DNA of 64,000 nt, from positions 448,001 to 512,000 of the forward strand of contig CAVYGB010000008.1 in NCBI GenBank assembly GCA_963767925.1. The letters are read 5' to 3'. Positions 7,313 through 16,484 of the stretch are shown here, piece after piece. Under the pieces are notes generated by a model. It saw only the letters and a list, made by a program, of their open reading frames with translations, ran no database searches and had not been told where the DNA came from. Every line of letters starts with the position of its first letter. Within the stretch, counting starts at the first letter, position 1. This DNA comes from an uncultured delta proteobacterium. GTDB lineage: Bacteria > Myxococcota_A > Polyangia > Fen-1088. The translations under genes and the position numbers were made by a program.

Positions 7313-10300
7313 TCAGACTTTTTCCGGAAGGTCTTCCCACTGCTCGAGGATGACGAAGTGGGGCTCGGTGGTCTCCTCGGGCAACAGGTCCTCGTAAGGC
7401 TCGCTGGTGCCGCCGGGGACTGCCGCGTCGAGTGGGCTCAGGGTGTCGGTCGGAGCGGCCTGCTCCTCGGGCTCGGCGGTGATCCACTCCTGCTCGCGCA
7501 TGATCTGCCAGGCCTTGCGGATCACTTTGTTGCGCAGGTTCTCGCCGCTGGCGTCGCCGGTGGCCGGGGCGGGCGGGTCGACCAGGGGCTCGACCCCCAG
7601 CCGTTTCAGCTCCCGAGCCACCCCGTCCATGATGCCGTCCTTGTCCCGGAAGAACTGGGTGGCCCGCACCTGGATGAAGCGCCAGCCGACCCGCTCGAGC
7701 ACGGCCTGGCGGGCCATGTCCTCGGCGATCCGCTCGGGGGACTTCAGGCGGTCCCCCTCGCAGGCGATGGCCACGTGGCGCTGGCCGTCGGACACGACGA
7801 TATCGATGCGGTGCCCCCCGATGTCGACGAGCGGCTCGATGCCGTAGCCCTGGGCCCGCAGCCGCTCGGTCACCTCGGCCTCGAAAGGGGACTGGGCCCG
7901 GGGGCGCATGCCCGGGCTGGCCGTGCGCACGGCCGGGTTGCGCACGTGCTCGATCAGGCGCCGCCGCAGGTCGCCGGCCTGCAGGTCGCGCCCGGGGTCC
8001 AGGCAGTGGATCAGCCAGAGCTGGTCGCGGGCCCGGCTGGCCCCGACGTTGTAGCGCTGCTTGAAGCTCAGCCGCTCCTGCATCGGCAGCACGTTGCCGT
8101 CTGACACGTCGACCATCGACAGGAAGACCACGTCGCGCTCGTCGCCCTGGAACTGGGCGGGGTTGCCCGAGACGAAGCGGCGCCGGTCGAGGTCGGCCAG
8201 GGGAGTGAGCTGCTGGATCAGCTCCTGGATGCGGCCGGCTTGCTCGTCGCCGAGCAGGGAGATGGCCCCGAAGGTCTTGTTGTCGTATTCGGGGAGGCTC
8301 ATGGCGGCGGCGGCCAGGGCGGCGACGACCTTGGCCTCGGCGTCGTTGATCTTGCCGCGTCGGGCAGGCTCGAGCAGGGGTGGGACCTGGTATTCGACGA
8401 GGTGGGGGCGGCGAGCGGCGTTGGGATCGCGCAGGGCGCGGATCTCGCCGTTGTAGGAGAGCTGGTTGGAGAACTCGATGATGTCGGGGACGCAGCGGAA
8501 GTGCTCGCGCAGACCGATGGTGCCGCCGAACGACTGGCGGGCCAGATCGTAGACCGAGGTCTGGCCGTCGTAGAGGTGGCTGTTGGGGATGCCGCCGAGG
8601 AACTGGCTGATGAGGGCCTGGGTGTCCTCCACCGTCTCGCCGATGGCCGAGGGGCTCACCTGCTCGTGGTCGCCAACGATGACCGCGCCCCGGCCCAGCG
8701 ACAGGGCCAGCAGGCCCAGCAGGTCGCACTGGCTGGCCTCGTCGACGATGACGACGTCGAACTTGGCGTGGCGGGCGTCGAAGCTCTCGGCCACCCGGGC
8801 CAGCGGCATGATCCAGACCGGCACCGCCTCCCGGGCCCGGGTGAGCAGCTCGCGGGCCTTGCGCTGCAGGGCGGGGGCCCGCTTGCCGGTCCCCTTGCCG
8901 ATCTTGCGCTGGGTGTCGGCCCAGCCGATGAGGGCCTGCCGCGACTCCAGGCCGGTGCGGCGGAGCTGGGCCAGCCAGGCCGAGTGGTCGACCAGCTCGA
9001 TGGTCACCTCCCGGAGCTGCTGCTGCTTGGCCTCGAGCCGCCCGGCCAGGGTGCGGTCGTCCAGCTCGGCCCGCCGGTCGAGCTCCTGCTCGATCTGGCG
9101 CCAGCGCCAGGCCGAGGCCAGATCGCGGGGCGCGATCGGGGCGCCGTGCATGCCCCGGCGGCGCTCGAGGGCGGCCGCCCACTGGGGGGCGGTCTGGGCC
9201 ACCTTGGCGAGCAGCTCGCGCCGCCGCTTGAGCACGGCGGTCTTGCGCCACAGGTCGTCGAGCCGGCGGTACTCCCGCTCGTAGGCGTGGGGGTCGAGCT
9301 CGTTGACCGCCTGGCGGAGCGACTGGCAGACGCCGAGCTTCCAGCCGCCCAGCCGTTCGGCCAGGGCCTTGAGCTTGCGCAGCGACTCGAGCCGGCCCAC
9401 CCCCTGCAGCCGCTCGTCGAGGGCGGTGCGCAGGGGACCGGCGGCGATGTGCAGGTCGCTCTCGAAGGGGACGCTGGGGGTGGAGCGGGCGATCTCGTCG
9501 GCCCGGAAGGCGGGCCAGTTGAGCCCCAGGGCGTAGAGCAGCGGCTCGGTCTGGGCCCAGCGCTCCGACCAGAGGCCGAGCAGCCGCTCGAACTGCTGGA
9601 CGTATTCGGCCAGGGTGGGCTCGGGCGGGTCGGGCAGGGTGGCGAAGGCCGGCAGGCCGGCCGGCTCGGCCTGGCGCGACCAGCGCAGCGCCAGGTCGGC
9701 GCGGGCGGCCTCCACCTCGGCCAGGGCGGCCAGGGCGGCGAAGTGGTCCGGCTCCCGGGGGGGCTGGCCGTTGACCCGGCAGCCCTCGAGCACCGTGCGC
9801 CAGTTCATGCGAAACAGGGTGGTGAGCCCGCTGAGGCTGCGGTGGGAGATGACCCGCCCGTGCAGCTCGGCGAACACCGCCGAGAGGCCCTGGCGGGGCA
9901 CCCGGGGATCGATCTCGGGGGCGTGCTCGAGCAGCAGCAGCTTGGCTTCCTGCCAGAGGGACTGGGCGGCGCGCACCTGCTCACCGAGCTGGCGCCAGAG
10001 GGCCTCCTCCGAGCCGCCGGCGTGTCCGGCGGCCACGATCTGGCGCTGCCAGGGGGTCAAGGCGGCGATGGCGCCGGCGAGCTGCTCGACCGCGCGCTTG
10101 GCGTTGGCCAGCGAGGCGGCGTCGCCTTGCATGGGGGCCCGCCGCCAGTAGCGCCCGCTCTCGATCCGTTTCTTCGACTGGATGAGCTCGATGTCGGTGC
10201 GCAGCTCGTTGGGGTGAGGCAGGTCGCCGGTCTCGGGCAGGCGCCCGCCCAGCTCCTGCTCCTCGTCGGCGGAGATGGTGTCGTTGCTGGCGTAGAGGTC

Positions 10301-12028
10301 GCGCAGCTCGGCCTCGCTGAGGGGGACGGGGGCGTCGGGGGGGATGGGGCCCGGCAGCCAGCCCAGCCGGTGGCCCTGCTCGCCCACCAGGCGGGCGGCG
10401 TCGGCTGGCGTGACCTCTTCACCGCCCAGCACCAGCGGGACGTATTCGGCGTCGCGGGCCGCCCGCAGCTCGCGGGTCAGGCGCTCGACCTCGTCGGAGA
10501 GCTGGCGCCGCTCCTTGGTGAGCGAATCCAGCTCGGCCGCCAGCCGCTCCTCGGTGCTGGTCGACAGCCGGTGGACGATGCCCCGCACGGCCTGCTCCAT
10601 CTGGGCCCGGCCCTCGAGGTCGTTGTCGAGGACCGACACGCACAGCGGGCGCAGCTCCTCCACGATCTGATCGCGCAGCACGCGCAGGGCCTTGGTGGTG
10701 TAGCTGGTGACGAGCACCCGCTTGCCGTGCGCCACCAGGTGCCCGACCAGGTTGGCGATGGTGTGGCTCTTGCCCGTGCCGGGAGGGCCCTGCACCAGGA
10801 CCGCCCCGTGGCGCTCGAGGGCCCGGGCGATCTCGATCTGCTCGGCGTTGGCCAGCTTGCTCAGCAGCAGGTCCTGGGTGCCGCCGCTCTGCCCGTCGCC
10901 CCAGGATCCCGGGCGGGGCTCGACGCCCACGATGCGGGTCAAGGCGGGGGGCAGCTCCTGCTCTCGATCGAGGTCCTCGAGCACCCGGTCGCAGGCCTCG
11001 GAGAAGCCGGCGGCCCGGTCGCGCACCAGCAGCCAGGCGTCGCGCACGATGACCGGTCCCTCGTGCTCGCCGGTCTCGTCGACGTCGGGGCGGAGCACGC
11101 CGGTCGGGCCGAGCTGCGAGACCAGCCGGCGCAGGAATACGCTCGTCTCGTCGCCGGCCAGGGGGTGAAAGCCGCCGGTCTCCAGCTCCTCTTGCAGCTC
11201 GTTGAGCTTGTCGCCCGAGAGGGTGCCGCCGGCCAGCAGCAGGGGGCCGGCCAGCTCGGCCGCCCGGTCGGAGTCGACCACCCGGAACTCGGGGATGTTG
11301 GGATCGAACACCAGATCCACCCGCTGCAGCAGGACGGGGTGATCGATGCGCCCCTCGGGCGTGGTCCAGAGCAGGCGGCCGTCGCCGAGCACGAGCTCGA
11401 TCCGCTCGCCTTCGCGTTCGATGTCGCTGTGGAGGGCGTAGAGCGCCTCGAACACCCGCATCGCCTCGCGGGCGGGGCGCTCCTCCTCGGCCCAGCGGTT
11501 CCAGGTGCGGGTCCAGGCGGCGAAGGCCCGGGTGCGGTTGGGGTCGTCGGCGAAACGCTCGGGGCCGACCTTGCTGCCGCGCACCCGGCGCGTGCGCATG
11601 TTCCAGACCGCGACCTTGCCGTCGGGACGTTCCCAGCCCTTGGCCACCCAGTCGGCCAGCAGGTCGGGCGGGGAGGGCGCCTTGGTGAGGGTCGGGCGGC
11701 GCACGCGCAGGAGCGGCTCGTTGAGGCGGCTGTCCTCCTCGTCGAAGATGCTGGTGGTCAACGTGCGGGAGCCGCCGGCCGTGCGCTCGCCGCGCAGCGT
11801 GACCGCGCCGACCCGGATGCTGGCGTGGCGGGGCAGGTCGCGGATGCGCAGCTTGCGCGGGACCTCGGCCAGCGAGCGCACGTTTGGCTCGCGCCGCTCC
11901 GCGAAGGCCCGCAGAAAAGAGAAGACCCTGCGAACCCGACGTCTTCCCTCCTCGTCCCGCCGGGCAGACGTGGGGCCCTGATCAAGGGCTGTTGACTCTA
12001 ATGTCACATGCGCCTCACACGGCCCCAT
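7313..12028 (-). CDS. Large SF1 (UPF1/DNA2-like) helicase with C-terminal Vsr/MTES_1575-like restriction-fold domain
   Basis: QGPPGTGKS, DEASQ, GDHEQ, LREHFRC, FQGDERD and NVGASRARD helicase motifs; SPFE...RIDIVV...RQAVLERVGWRF tail. Long helical insert. Exact start uncertain. Confidence 0.88.
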   Translation of the reverse strand: MGPCEAHVTLESTALDQGPTSARRDEEGRRRVRRVFSFLRAFAERREPNVRSLAEVPRKLRIRDLPRHASIRVGAVTLRGERTAGGSRTLTTSIFDEEDSRLNEPLLRVRRPTLTKAPSPPDLLADWVAKGWERPDGKVAVWNMRTRRVRGSKVGPERFADDPNRTRAFAAWTRTWNRWAEEERPAREAMRVFEALYALHSDIEREGERIELVLGDGRLLWTTPEGRIDHPVLLQRVDLVFDPNIPEFRVVDSDRAAELAGPLLLAGGTLSGDKLNELQEELETGGFHPLAGDETSVFLRRLVSQLGPTGVLRPDVDETGEHEGPVIVRDAWLLVRDRAAGFSEACDRVLEDLDREQELPPALTRIVGVEPRPGSWGDGQSGGTQDLLLSKLANAEQIEIARALERHGAVLVQGPPGTGKSHTIANLVGHLVAHGKRVLVTSYTTKALRVLRDQIVEELRPLCVSVLDNDLEGRAQMEQAVRGIVHRLSTSTEERLAAELDSLTKERRQLSDEVERLTRELRAARDAEYVPLVLGGEEVTPADAARLVGEQGHRLGWLPGPIPPDAPVPLSEAELRDLYASNDTISADEEQELGGRLPETGDLPHPNELRTDIELIQSKKRIESGRYWRRAPMQGDAASLANAKRAVEQLAGAIAALTPWQRQIVAAGHAGGSEEALWRQLGEQVRAAQSLWQEAKLLLLEHAPEIDPRVPRQGLSAVFAELHGRVISHRSLSGLTTLFRMNWRTVLEGCRVNGQPPREPDHFAALAALAEVEAARADLALRWSRQAEPAGLPAFATLPDPPEPTLAEYVQQFERLLGLWSERWAQTEPLLYALGLNWPAFRADEIARSTPSVPFESDLHIAAGPLRTALDERLQGVGRLESLRKLKALAERLGGWKLGVCQSLRQAVNELDPHAYEREYRRLDDLWRKTAVLKRRRELLAKVAQTAPQWAAALERRRGMHGAPIAPRDLASAWRWRQIEQELDRRAELDDRTLAGRLEAKQQQLREVTIELVDHSAWLAQLRRTGLESRQALIGWADTQRKIGKGTGKRAPALQRKARELLTRAREAVPVWIMPLARVAESFDARHAKFDVVIVDEASQCDLLGLLALSLGRGAVIVGDHEQVSPSAIGETVEDTQALISQFLGGIPNSHLYDGQTSVYDLARQSFGGTIGLREHFRCVPDIIEFSNQLSYNGEIRALRDPNAARRPHLVEYQVPPLLEPARRGKINDAEAKVVAALAAAAMSLPEYDNKTFGAISLLGDEQAGRIQELIQQLTPLADLDRRRFVSGNPAQFQGDERDVVFLSMVDVSDGNVLPMQERLSFKQRYNVGASRARDQLWLIHCLDPGRDLQAGDLRRRLIEHVRNPAVRTASPGMRPRAQSPFEAEVTERLRAQGYGIEPLVDIGGHRIDIVVSDGQRHVAIACEGDRLKSPERIAEDMARQAVLERVGWRFIQVRATQFFRDKDGIMDGVARELKRLGVEPLVDPPAPATGDASGENLRNKVIRKAWQIMREQEWITAEPEEQAAPTDTLSPLDAAVPGGTSEPYEDLLPEETTEPHFVILEQWEDLPEKV

Positions 12029-12403
12029 GCCTCGGCGCCCAATGGGGGTGTGCGCCCGGCCTGGCGGCCCGATCCAAAAGGTTCAGGTTGCCCAAACCTC
12101 GCGCGCCGGTCAAGGCGATGGGTTCGTGAGTCAACGCACCGGCTCCGTTTCCGCGACCTGTTGTGGGCGAGGCTTGCTGTCCGCTTCGTTTCGATCGGTG
12201 CCTGCGAACGCGCTGGCCGCCCCCGGCGGGGAGCCGTCCCGGCCGGTCGCCGGGTGGGGAGCCGTCGCTGCGGGCGTGCGCGTATGGCATGGGTGCTGAC
12301 CCTGGATCACGGTGGTGTCGGTTTGACGCTCAAATAGCTGTGGCTGGAGATCGCGGAAGGCAACCGCCTCGCCGGCAGCGGTCATAATGCGCCCGGGACC
12401 ACC

Positions 12404-13297
12404 ATGCACTACCTCCTGCTCTACGATCTGGCCCCGGACTACCTGCAGCGCCGGGGCGCCTTCCGGGACGAACATCTGACCCTGGCCTGGCACGCGCACG
12501 ATCGCGGCGAGCTCCTGCTGGGCGGCGCGCTGGCCGATCCGGCCGACGGCTCCGTGCTGCTGTTCCAGGGGGAGACGCCCGCCGCCGCCGAGGCCTTCGC
12601 CGCCGGCGACCCCTACGTGCGCCACGGGCTCGTCACCCGCTGGCGGGTGCGGCCCTGGACCACGGTGGTGGGGGAGGAGGCCTGCAGTCCGGTGCGGCCC
12701 AGCGGCTTCGAGGAGGTGCTGCGCTTCTGGTTCGGGGAGCTCGACGCCAGCGGCCAGGCCGACGCGACCCACAGCGGGCGCTGGTTCCGCAAGGACCCCG
12801 CCTTCGATCAGCTCGTCCGCGATCAGTTCGGCGAGCTGCACAGCGCGGTGGCCCGCGGCGAGCGGAACCACTGGCTGGTCAAACCCCGCGGCCGCCTGGG
12901 CGCGCTCCTCGTGCTCGACCAGTTCTCGCGCAACATGTTCCGCGACACCGGCGGCTCCTTCGGCCAGGACAGCCGGGCCCAGACCATCGCCAGCGAGGGG
13001 CTGGCCCTGGGCCACGACCGGCAGGTGGCGCCGGCCGAGCGCATGTTCTTTTACATGCCGCTGATGCACGCCGAGGACCGGGAGGCCCAGGAGCGGTGCG
13101 TGGCGGCCTTCGGGCAATGGCGCGACGAGAGCACGGGGGCCGAGCGGGACCGGGTGGCGGGCCTGCTCCGCTACGCCGAGCAACACCGGGACATCGTCCG
13201 CCGCTTCGGCCGCTTCCCCCACCGCAACGGTCTGCTCGGTCGCGAGACAACCGCCGAGGAGGCGGCCTTCCTGAAGGGCCCCGACTCGTCGTTCTGA
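12404..13297 (+). CDS. YciI-DUF924 fusion protein
   Basis: N-terminal YciI (R..FRDEHL, GGAL, DPYV, WRVRPW). C-terminal DUF924 (LRFWF, LDQFSRNMFR, FFYMPLMHAE, RFGRFPHRN..LGR). Confidence 0.85.
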   Translation: MHYLLLYDLAPDYLQRRGAFRDEHLTLAWHAHDRGELLLGGALADPADGSVLLFQGETPAAAEAFAAGDPYVRHGLVTRWRVRPWTTVVGEEACSPVRPSGFEEVLRFWFGELDASGQADATHSGRWFRKDPAFDQLVRDQFGELHSAVARGERNHWLVKPRGRLGALLVLDQFSRNMFRDTGGSFGQDSRAQTIASEGLALGHDRQVAPAERMFFYMPLMHAEDREAQERCVAAFGQWRDESTGAERDRVAGLLRYAEQHRDIVRRFGRFPHRNGLLGRETTAEEAAFLKGPDSSF

Positions 13298-13325
13298 TCG
13301 AGGCCTGCCGGGTCAGGCCTCGATC
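13296..13325. terminator. Perfect 12-bp hairpin between convergent genes
   Basis: GATCGAGGCCTG-ccgggt-CAGGCCTCGATC, overlapping both stop codons. No U-tract. Confidence 0.5.
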
Positions 13326-14671
13326 GCGGCCAGGCCGCTGGTGAGGCGGCCGTCGGCCTCGCCGAACTCCGGGACCCGGGCCCCGGTGGCCCGGGCCAGG
13401 CTGAGCAGTGCGCGGCAGGCGTTTTCACCCGACCCGCGCACGTGCAGGCCGGTCCGGATCCGCCCGCCGGCCTTGCCCAGGACGAGCATGGGGAAGTCCT
13501 TGTGCCCGTGGGTCTTCGGCGTGGTGCAGTCGCTGGCCGCGAGGATGCCGCAGTTGTCGAGCAGGGTGCCGTTGCCCTCGGGTACCGCCTCCAGGGCCTG
13601 GATCAGCACGAGCAGCTCGCGCATGAAGAACTTTATCGTGGCGGTGCACTTGGGCTGATCGCCCGGCTCGTTGTGGGTGATGTCGTGGTAACGGCCGTAG
13701 CCGATCGAGCCGAGGGCCATCCGGGAGCCGGGCTTGGTGAGCTGGTAGGTGAAGACCCGGGTGAGGTCGCAGGAGAGGGCCAGGGCCAGCAGCTCGGCCA
13801 TGGTCTTGTTGACCAGGGGGCCGCGCGGCTCGTAGTCGACGCCGAGGGTGGGGCCGTGCAGGTCCTCGCCGGGGAGGCCGGGCGCCCGGCACACGACGGC
13901 GCCCCGCTGCATGATGCGCCTCTCGACCGAGCGCACCGCCTCGAGGTGCTGCTCGAGCCGGGGGCGATCGGCGCTGCCGAGGCCGCGGGCGAGCCGCCGG
14001 GCGTCGGTCATCACGGCGTCGAGCACGCTGCGCCGCTCGCGGATGGCCTGGGCGGCGGCGTCGGCGTCGCCGCCGGCCAGGTCGCCGAACAGGCGGTTGA
14101 AGACGTCCCGGCAGTTGAAGGCGCAGCGGTTGGGGCTGTTGGGCCCGTTGTGCGACCACCAGTGGAAGGCGGTGCCCCGCTCGTGGGCCTCCCCGTCGTC
14201 GATGCCGATCTCGATCGAGCGCAGGGGGGTCTCGCCGGCAAGCTCGCGGGCCACGAGCTGATCGATCGAGGCGCGGCGGGCGGTGTAGGTCGCGTCGTCG
14301 ATGCCGGCGATCTTGGCCGAGGTCATGAGGACGGTGTTGCCAGCCGCGTGGGGGCGCCCGTCGTAAGGCAGGTCGAAGCCGCTGACAACGGTGAGGTGCT
14401 TCTTGATGGGGGCCAGGGGGGTGAGCTCGTCCGACAGCTCCCAGCTTGCTCCGGTCTGCTTGGGGACCCAGCGGTCGAGGTGGACGCCGTTGGCGAAGGC
14501 CCACACGCCGAAGCGGCGGGGCAGGGGCTTGCCGCTGGCGTAGGCCTGACCGCTGTCGTCGAGCATCGCCGCCAGACGGGGCAGGCCGATCGCGACCGGC
14601 ACACCGGCCAGCGCCCCGCGCAGGAGGTGCCGCCGGCTGAGGTGCTTTCCGCGGGCGCTTCGGTGCAACAT
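13313..14671 (-). CDS. DUF1552-domain protein with Tat-type signal
   Basis: LSRRHLLRG...LP.LAAM N-terminus; NGV, SIDQ, HLEAVRSVERRI, CDLTRV, YHDITH and GTLLDN motifs. Confidence 0.88.
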   Translation of the reverse strand: MLHRSARGKHLSRRHLLRGALAGVPVAIGLPRLAAMLDDSGQAYASGKPLPRRFGVWAFANGVHLDRWVPKQTGASWELSDELTPLAPIKKHLTVVSGFDLPYDGRPHAAGNTVLMTSAKIAGIDDATYTARRASIDQLVARELAGETPLRSIEIGIDDGEAHERGTAFHWWSHNGPNSPNRCAFNCRDVFNRLFGDLAGGDADAAAQAIRERRSVLDAVMTDARRLARGLGSADRPRLEQHLEAVRSVERRIMQRGAVVCRAPGLPGEDLHGPTLGVDYEPRGPLVNKTMAELLALALSCDLTRVFTYQLTKPGSRMALGSIGYGRYHDITHNEPGDQPKCTATIKFFMRELLVLIQALEAVPEGNGTLLDNCGILAASDCTTPKTHGHKDFPMLVLGKAGGRIRTGLHVRGSGENACRALLSLARATGARVPEFGEADGRLTSGLAAIEA

Positions 14672-14688
14672 GGGGTTCCTTCCGTGCT

Positions 14689-16320
14689 TCAGCGCAGGTC
14701 GACGAAGGCCGGGCTCAGCGCCAGGGCCACCACCGCGTCGAGGACGCGGTACCGGGAGTCCTTGAACACGCGGCGCAGGTCCTGCAGCGACCGCTCGTCG
14801 GCCGGCCCCGGGATACGCCCGGTGGCGTAGCTGTACAGGTTGCGCATCAGGCAGTCGGGCACCCGCTCGTCGCGGCTCAACAGCTCGGCCAGCTCGACCG
14901 GGCTGGCGAAGGCCTTGCCGTCGAGGTCACCGCTGGGATCGATCGGGAGCCCGCTCTCCTCCTGGCGGTATTCGGCGAACTGGTCGAACTGCTCGAACGC
15001 CAGGCCGATGCCGTCGATGGCCCGGTGGCAGCGGGCGCAGCCGAAGTCGAGCCGGTGCTCCTCGAGTCGCTCGCGCACGGTCTTGGGCTCGCCCTCGGCC
15101 GGCTCGGGCAGGTTGGTGTCGACCGAGGGCGGCGGGGGCAACACCGGCTCGCACAGCATCACCTCGCGCACGAACTTGCCGCGCGCGGTGGGCGAGGTCT
15201 TGTCGGGCGCGGAGGTGCCGGTCAGGAACGAGCCCTGGCCGAGCAGGCCCCGGCGGGGTGAGTCGGCGGGGAGCATGATCTTGGTGAACATGCCGCCGTC
15301 GACGACCTTGGCCTGGTAGATGGCGGCGAGATCCCGGTTGAGGAAGGTGTCGCGGGTGACGAACAGCTTCCGGAAGTCGTCCCGCTCGACGAAGATGTTG
15401 TGCTCGAGCCCGAGCAAGGTCTCTTCCTTCATGAGGCGGCCCACCGCCCGGGTCGAGACCTTGGGCTCCTTCGCCTTGTCGCGCGAGACCCGCTCGACGG
15501 CGTCCAGGCGGTAAAGCTCGGAGAAGAAGTCGCGCAGCCCCTGGCGAGCCCGGGGCGAGGCCAGCAGGCGGTGCAGGTGGCGGCGCAGCCCGGCCTCGTC
15601 GGCCAGCTCGTCCCGCTCGGCGGCGTCGAGCAGCAGGGGATCGGGCGAGGTGTTCCAGAGGAAGAGGGACAGCCGGCTGGCCAGCTCCCAGCTCGTGAGC
15701 CGGTAACGTCCGGCGGGGTCGGGCTGGGGCCGTCCCCGCTCGACCACGTAGATGAAGCTCGGCGAGGCCAGGATGGCGGTGACGGCGACCCGCAGGCCGG
15801 CCCAGAAGTCGTCCCGCCGGCCGGCGGTCGTGAGGGCCAGAGACAGGAAGCGGGTCCGCTCCTCGCCGGTGAGGGGCCGGCGGAAGGCGGCTCGGCCCAG
15901 GCGCACGAGGAAGGCCTCGGCGCAGGGCTGGTCGGTGGCGCTGCGGGGGACGCAGCCCACCACGGTGTAGCGGCGGGCCTCGTCGTTCAGGACCTGGCGG
16001 GCGAGCACGTCGGCGGCGTTGAGGTAAAGCTCGGTCCCCTGAAAGGACGTCCCCACCTGGGCCGCGCCGGTGGTCGAGAAGCCGCCCACCGCCGGCTCCT
16101 CGTCGAGCATCGGAAAGACCAGGCCCGGGCCGAACAGGTCGGTGAGGGTGTTCTGGTACTGTCGCATGGTCAGCCGGCGCACGGCGGGGGCCGGCGCGGC
16201 GGTGGCCCTCCCCGACGCCGTCCCGGCCGTCCCCGAGCGGCTGGCCGGGCAGCCTGCCGACAGCAGGAGGAGCGCGAGCGCGCAGCCGGAGCCCAGAGCG
16301 CGGGGGAACGAGGTTCTCAT
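14689..16320 (-). CDS. DUF1592/DUF1588/DUF1595-family lipoprotein with one CxxCH motif
   Basis: Lipobox LSAGC; RRLTMRQYQNT, AFRRPL, ELASRLSLFLW..SPD, RRGLLGQ, TSPTARG and CARCH. Start re-called at MRTSFP. Confidence 0.88.
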   Translation of the reverse strand: MRTSFPRALGSGCALALLLLSAGCPASRSGTAGTASGRATAAPAPAVRRLTMRQYQNTLTDLFGPGLVFPMLDEEPAVGGFSTTGAAQVGTSFQGTELYLNAADVLARQVLNDEARRYTVVGCVPRSATDQPCAEAFLVRLGRAAFRRPLTGEERTRFLSLALTTAGRRDDFWAGLRVAVTAILASPSFIYVVERGRPQPDPAGRYRLTSWELASRLSLFLWNTSPDPLLLDAAERDELADEAGLRRHLHRLLASPRARQGLRDFFSELYRLDAVERVSRDKAKEPKVSTRAVGRLMKEETLLGLEHNIFVERDDFRKLFVTRDTFLNRDLAAIYQAKVVDGGMFTKIMLPADSPRRGLLGQGSFLTGTSAPDKTSPTARGKFVREVMLCEPVLPPPPSVDTNLPEPAEGEPKTVRERLEEHRLDFGCARCHRAIDGIGLAFEQFDQFAEYRQEESGLPIDPSGDLDGKAFASPVELAELLSRDERVPDCLMRNLYSYATGRIPGPADERSLQDLRRVFKDSRYRVLDAVVALALSPAFVDLR

Positions 16321-16484
16321 CGCCGGCCAGCACGCTACATCTTGGCGACCGGCGGCGCCAGACGGACGCCGGTCGATGTGCCCTCGCGCACGTCGCGTCA
16401 TCGACGGGGACGGTCCCGAGCCAGGGGGCCTGGCCGGGGGTGCTAACATGCCCGGCCCAGCCGGCCACCACAGGCCTCCCTCCC

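Noticed and set aside
8240..11995. 1251-aa plus-strand ORF (and similar long ORFs at 18740-21586, 25935-28052, 29800-32778 and 37358-39568)
   Set aside because: Antisense or alternate-frame shadows of well-supported genes, expected in very GC-rich DNA. They have no recognisable motifs.
12029..12403. Structured ncRNA or riboswitch in the long intergenic region
   Set aside because: No recognisable tRNA, riboswitch or terminator pattern by eye. An Rfam/Infernal scan would be needed.
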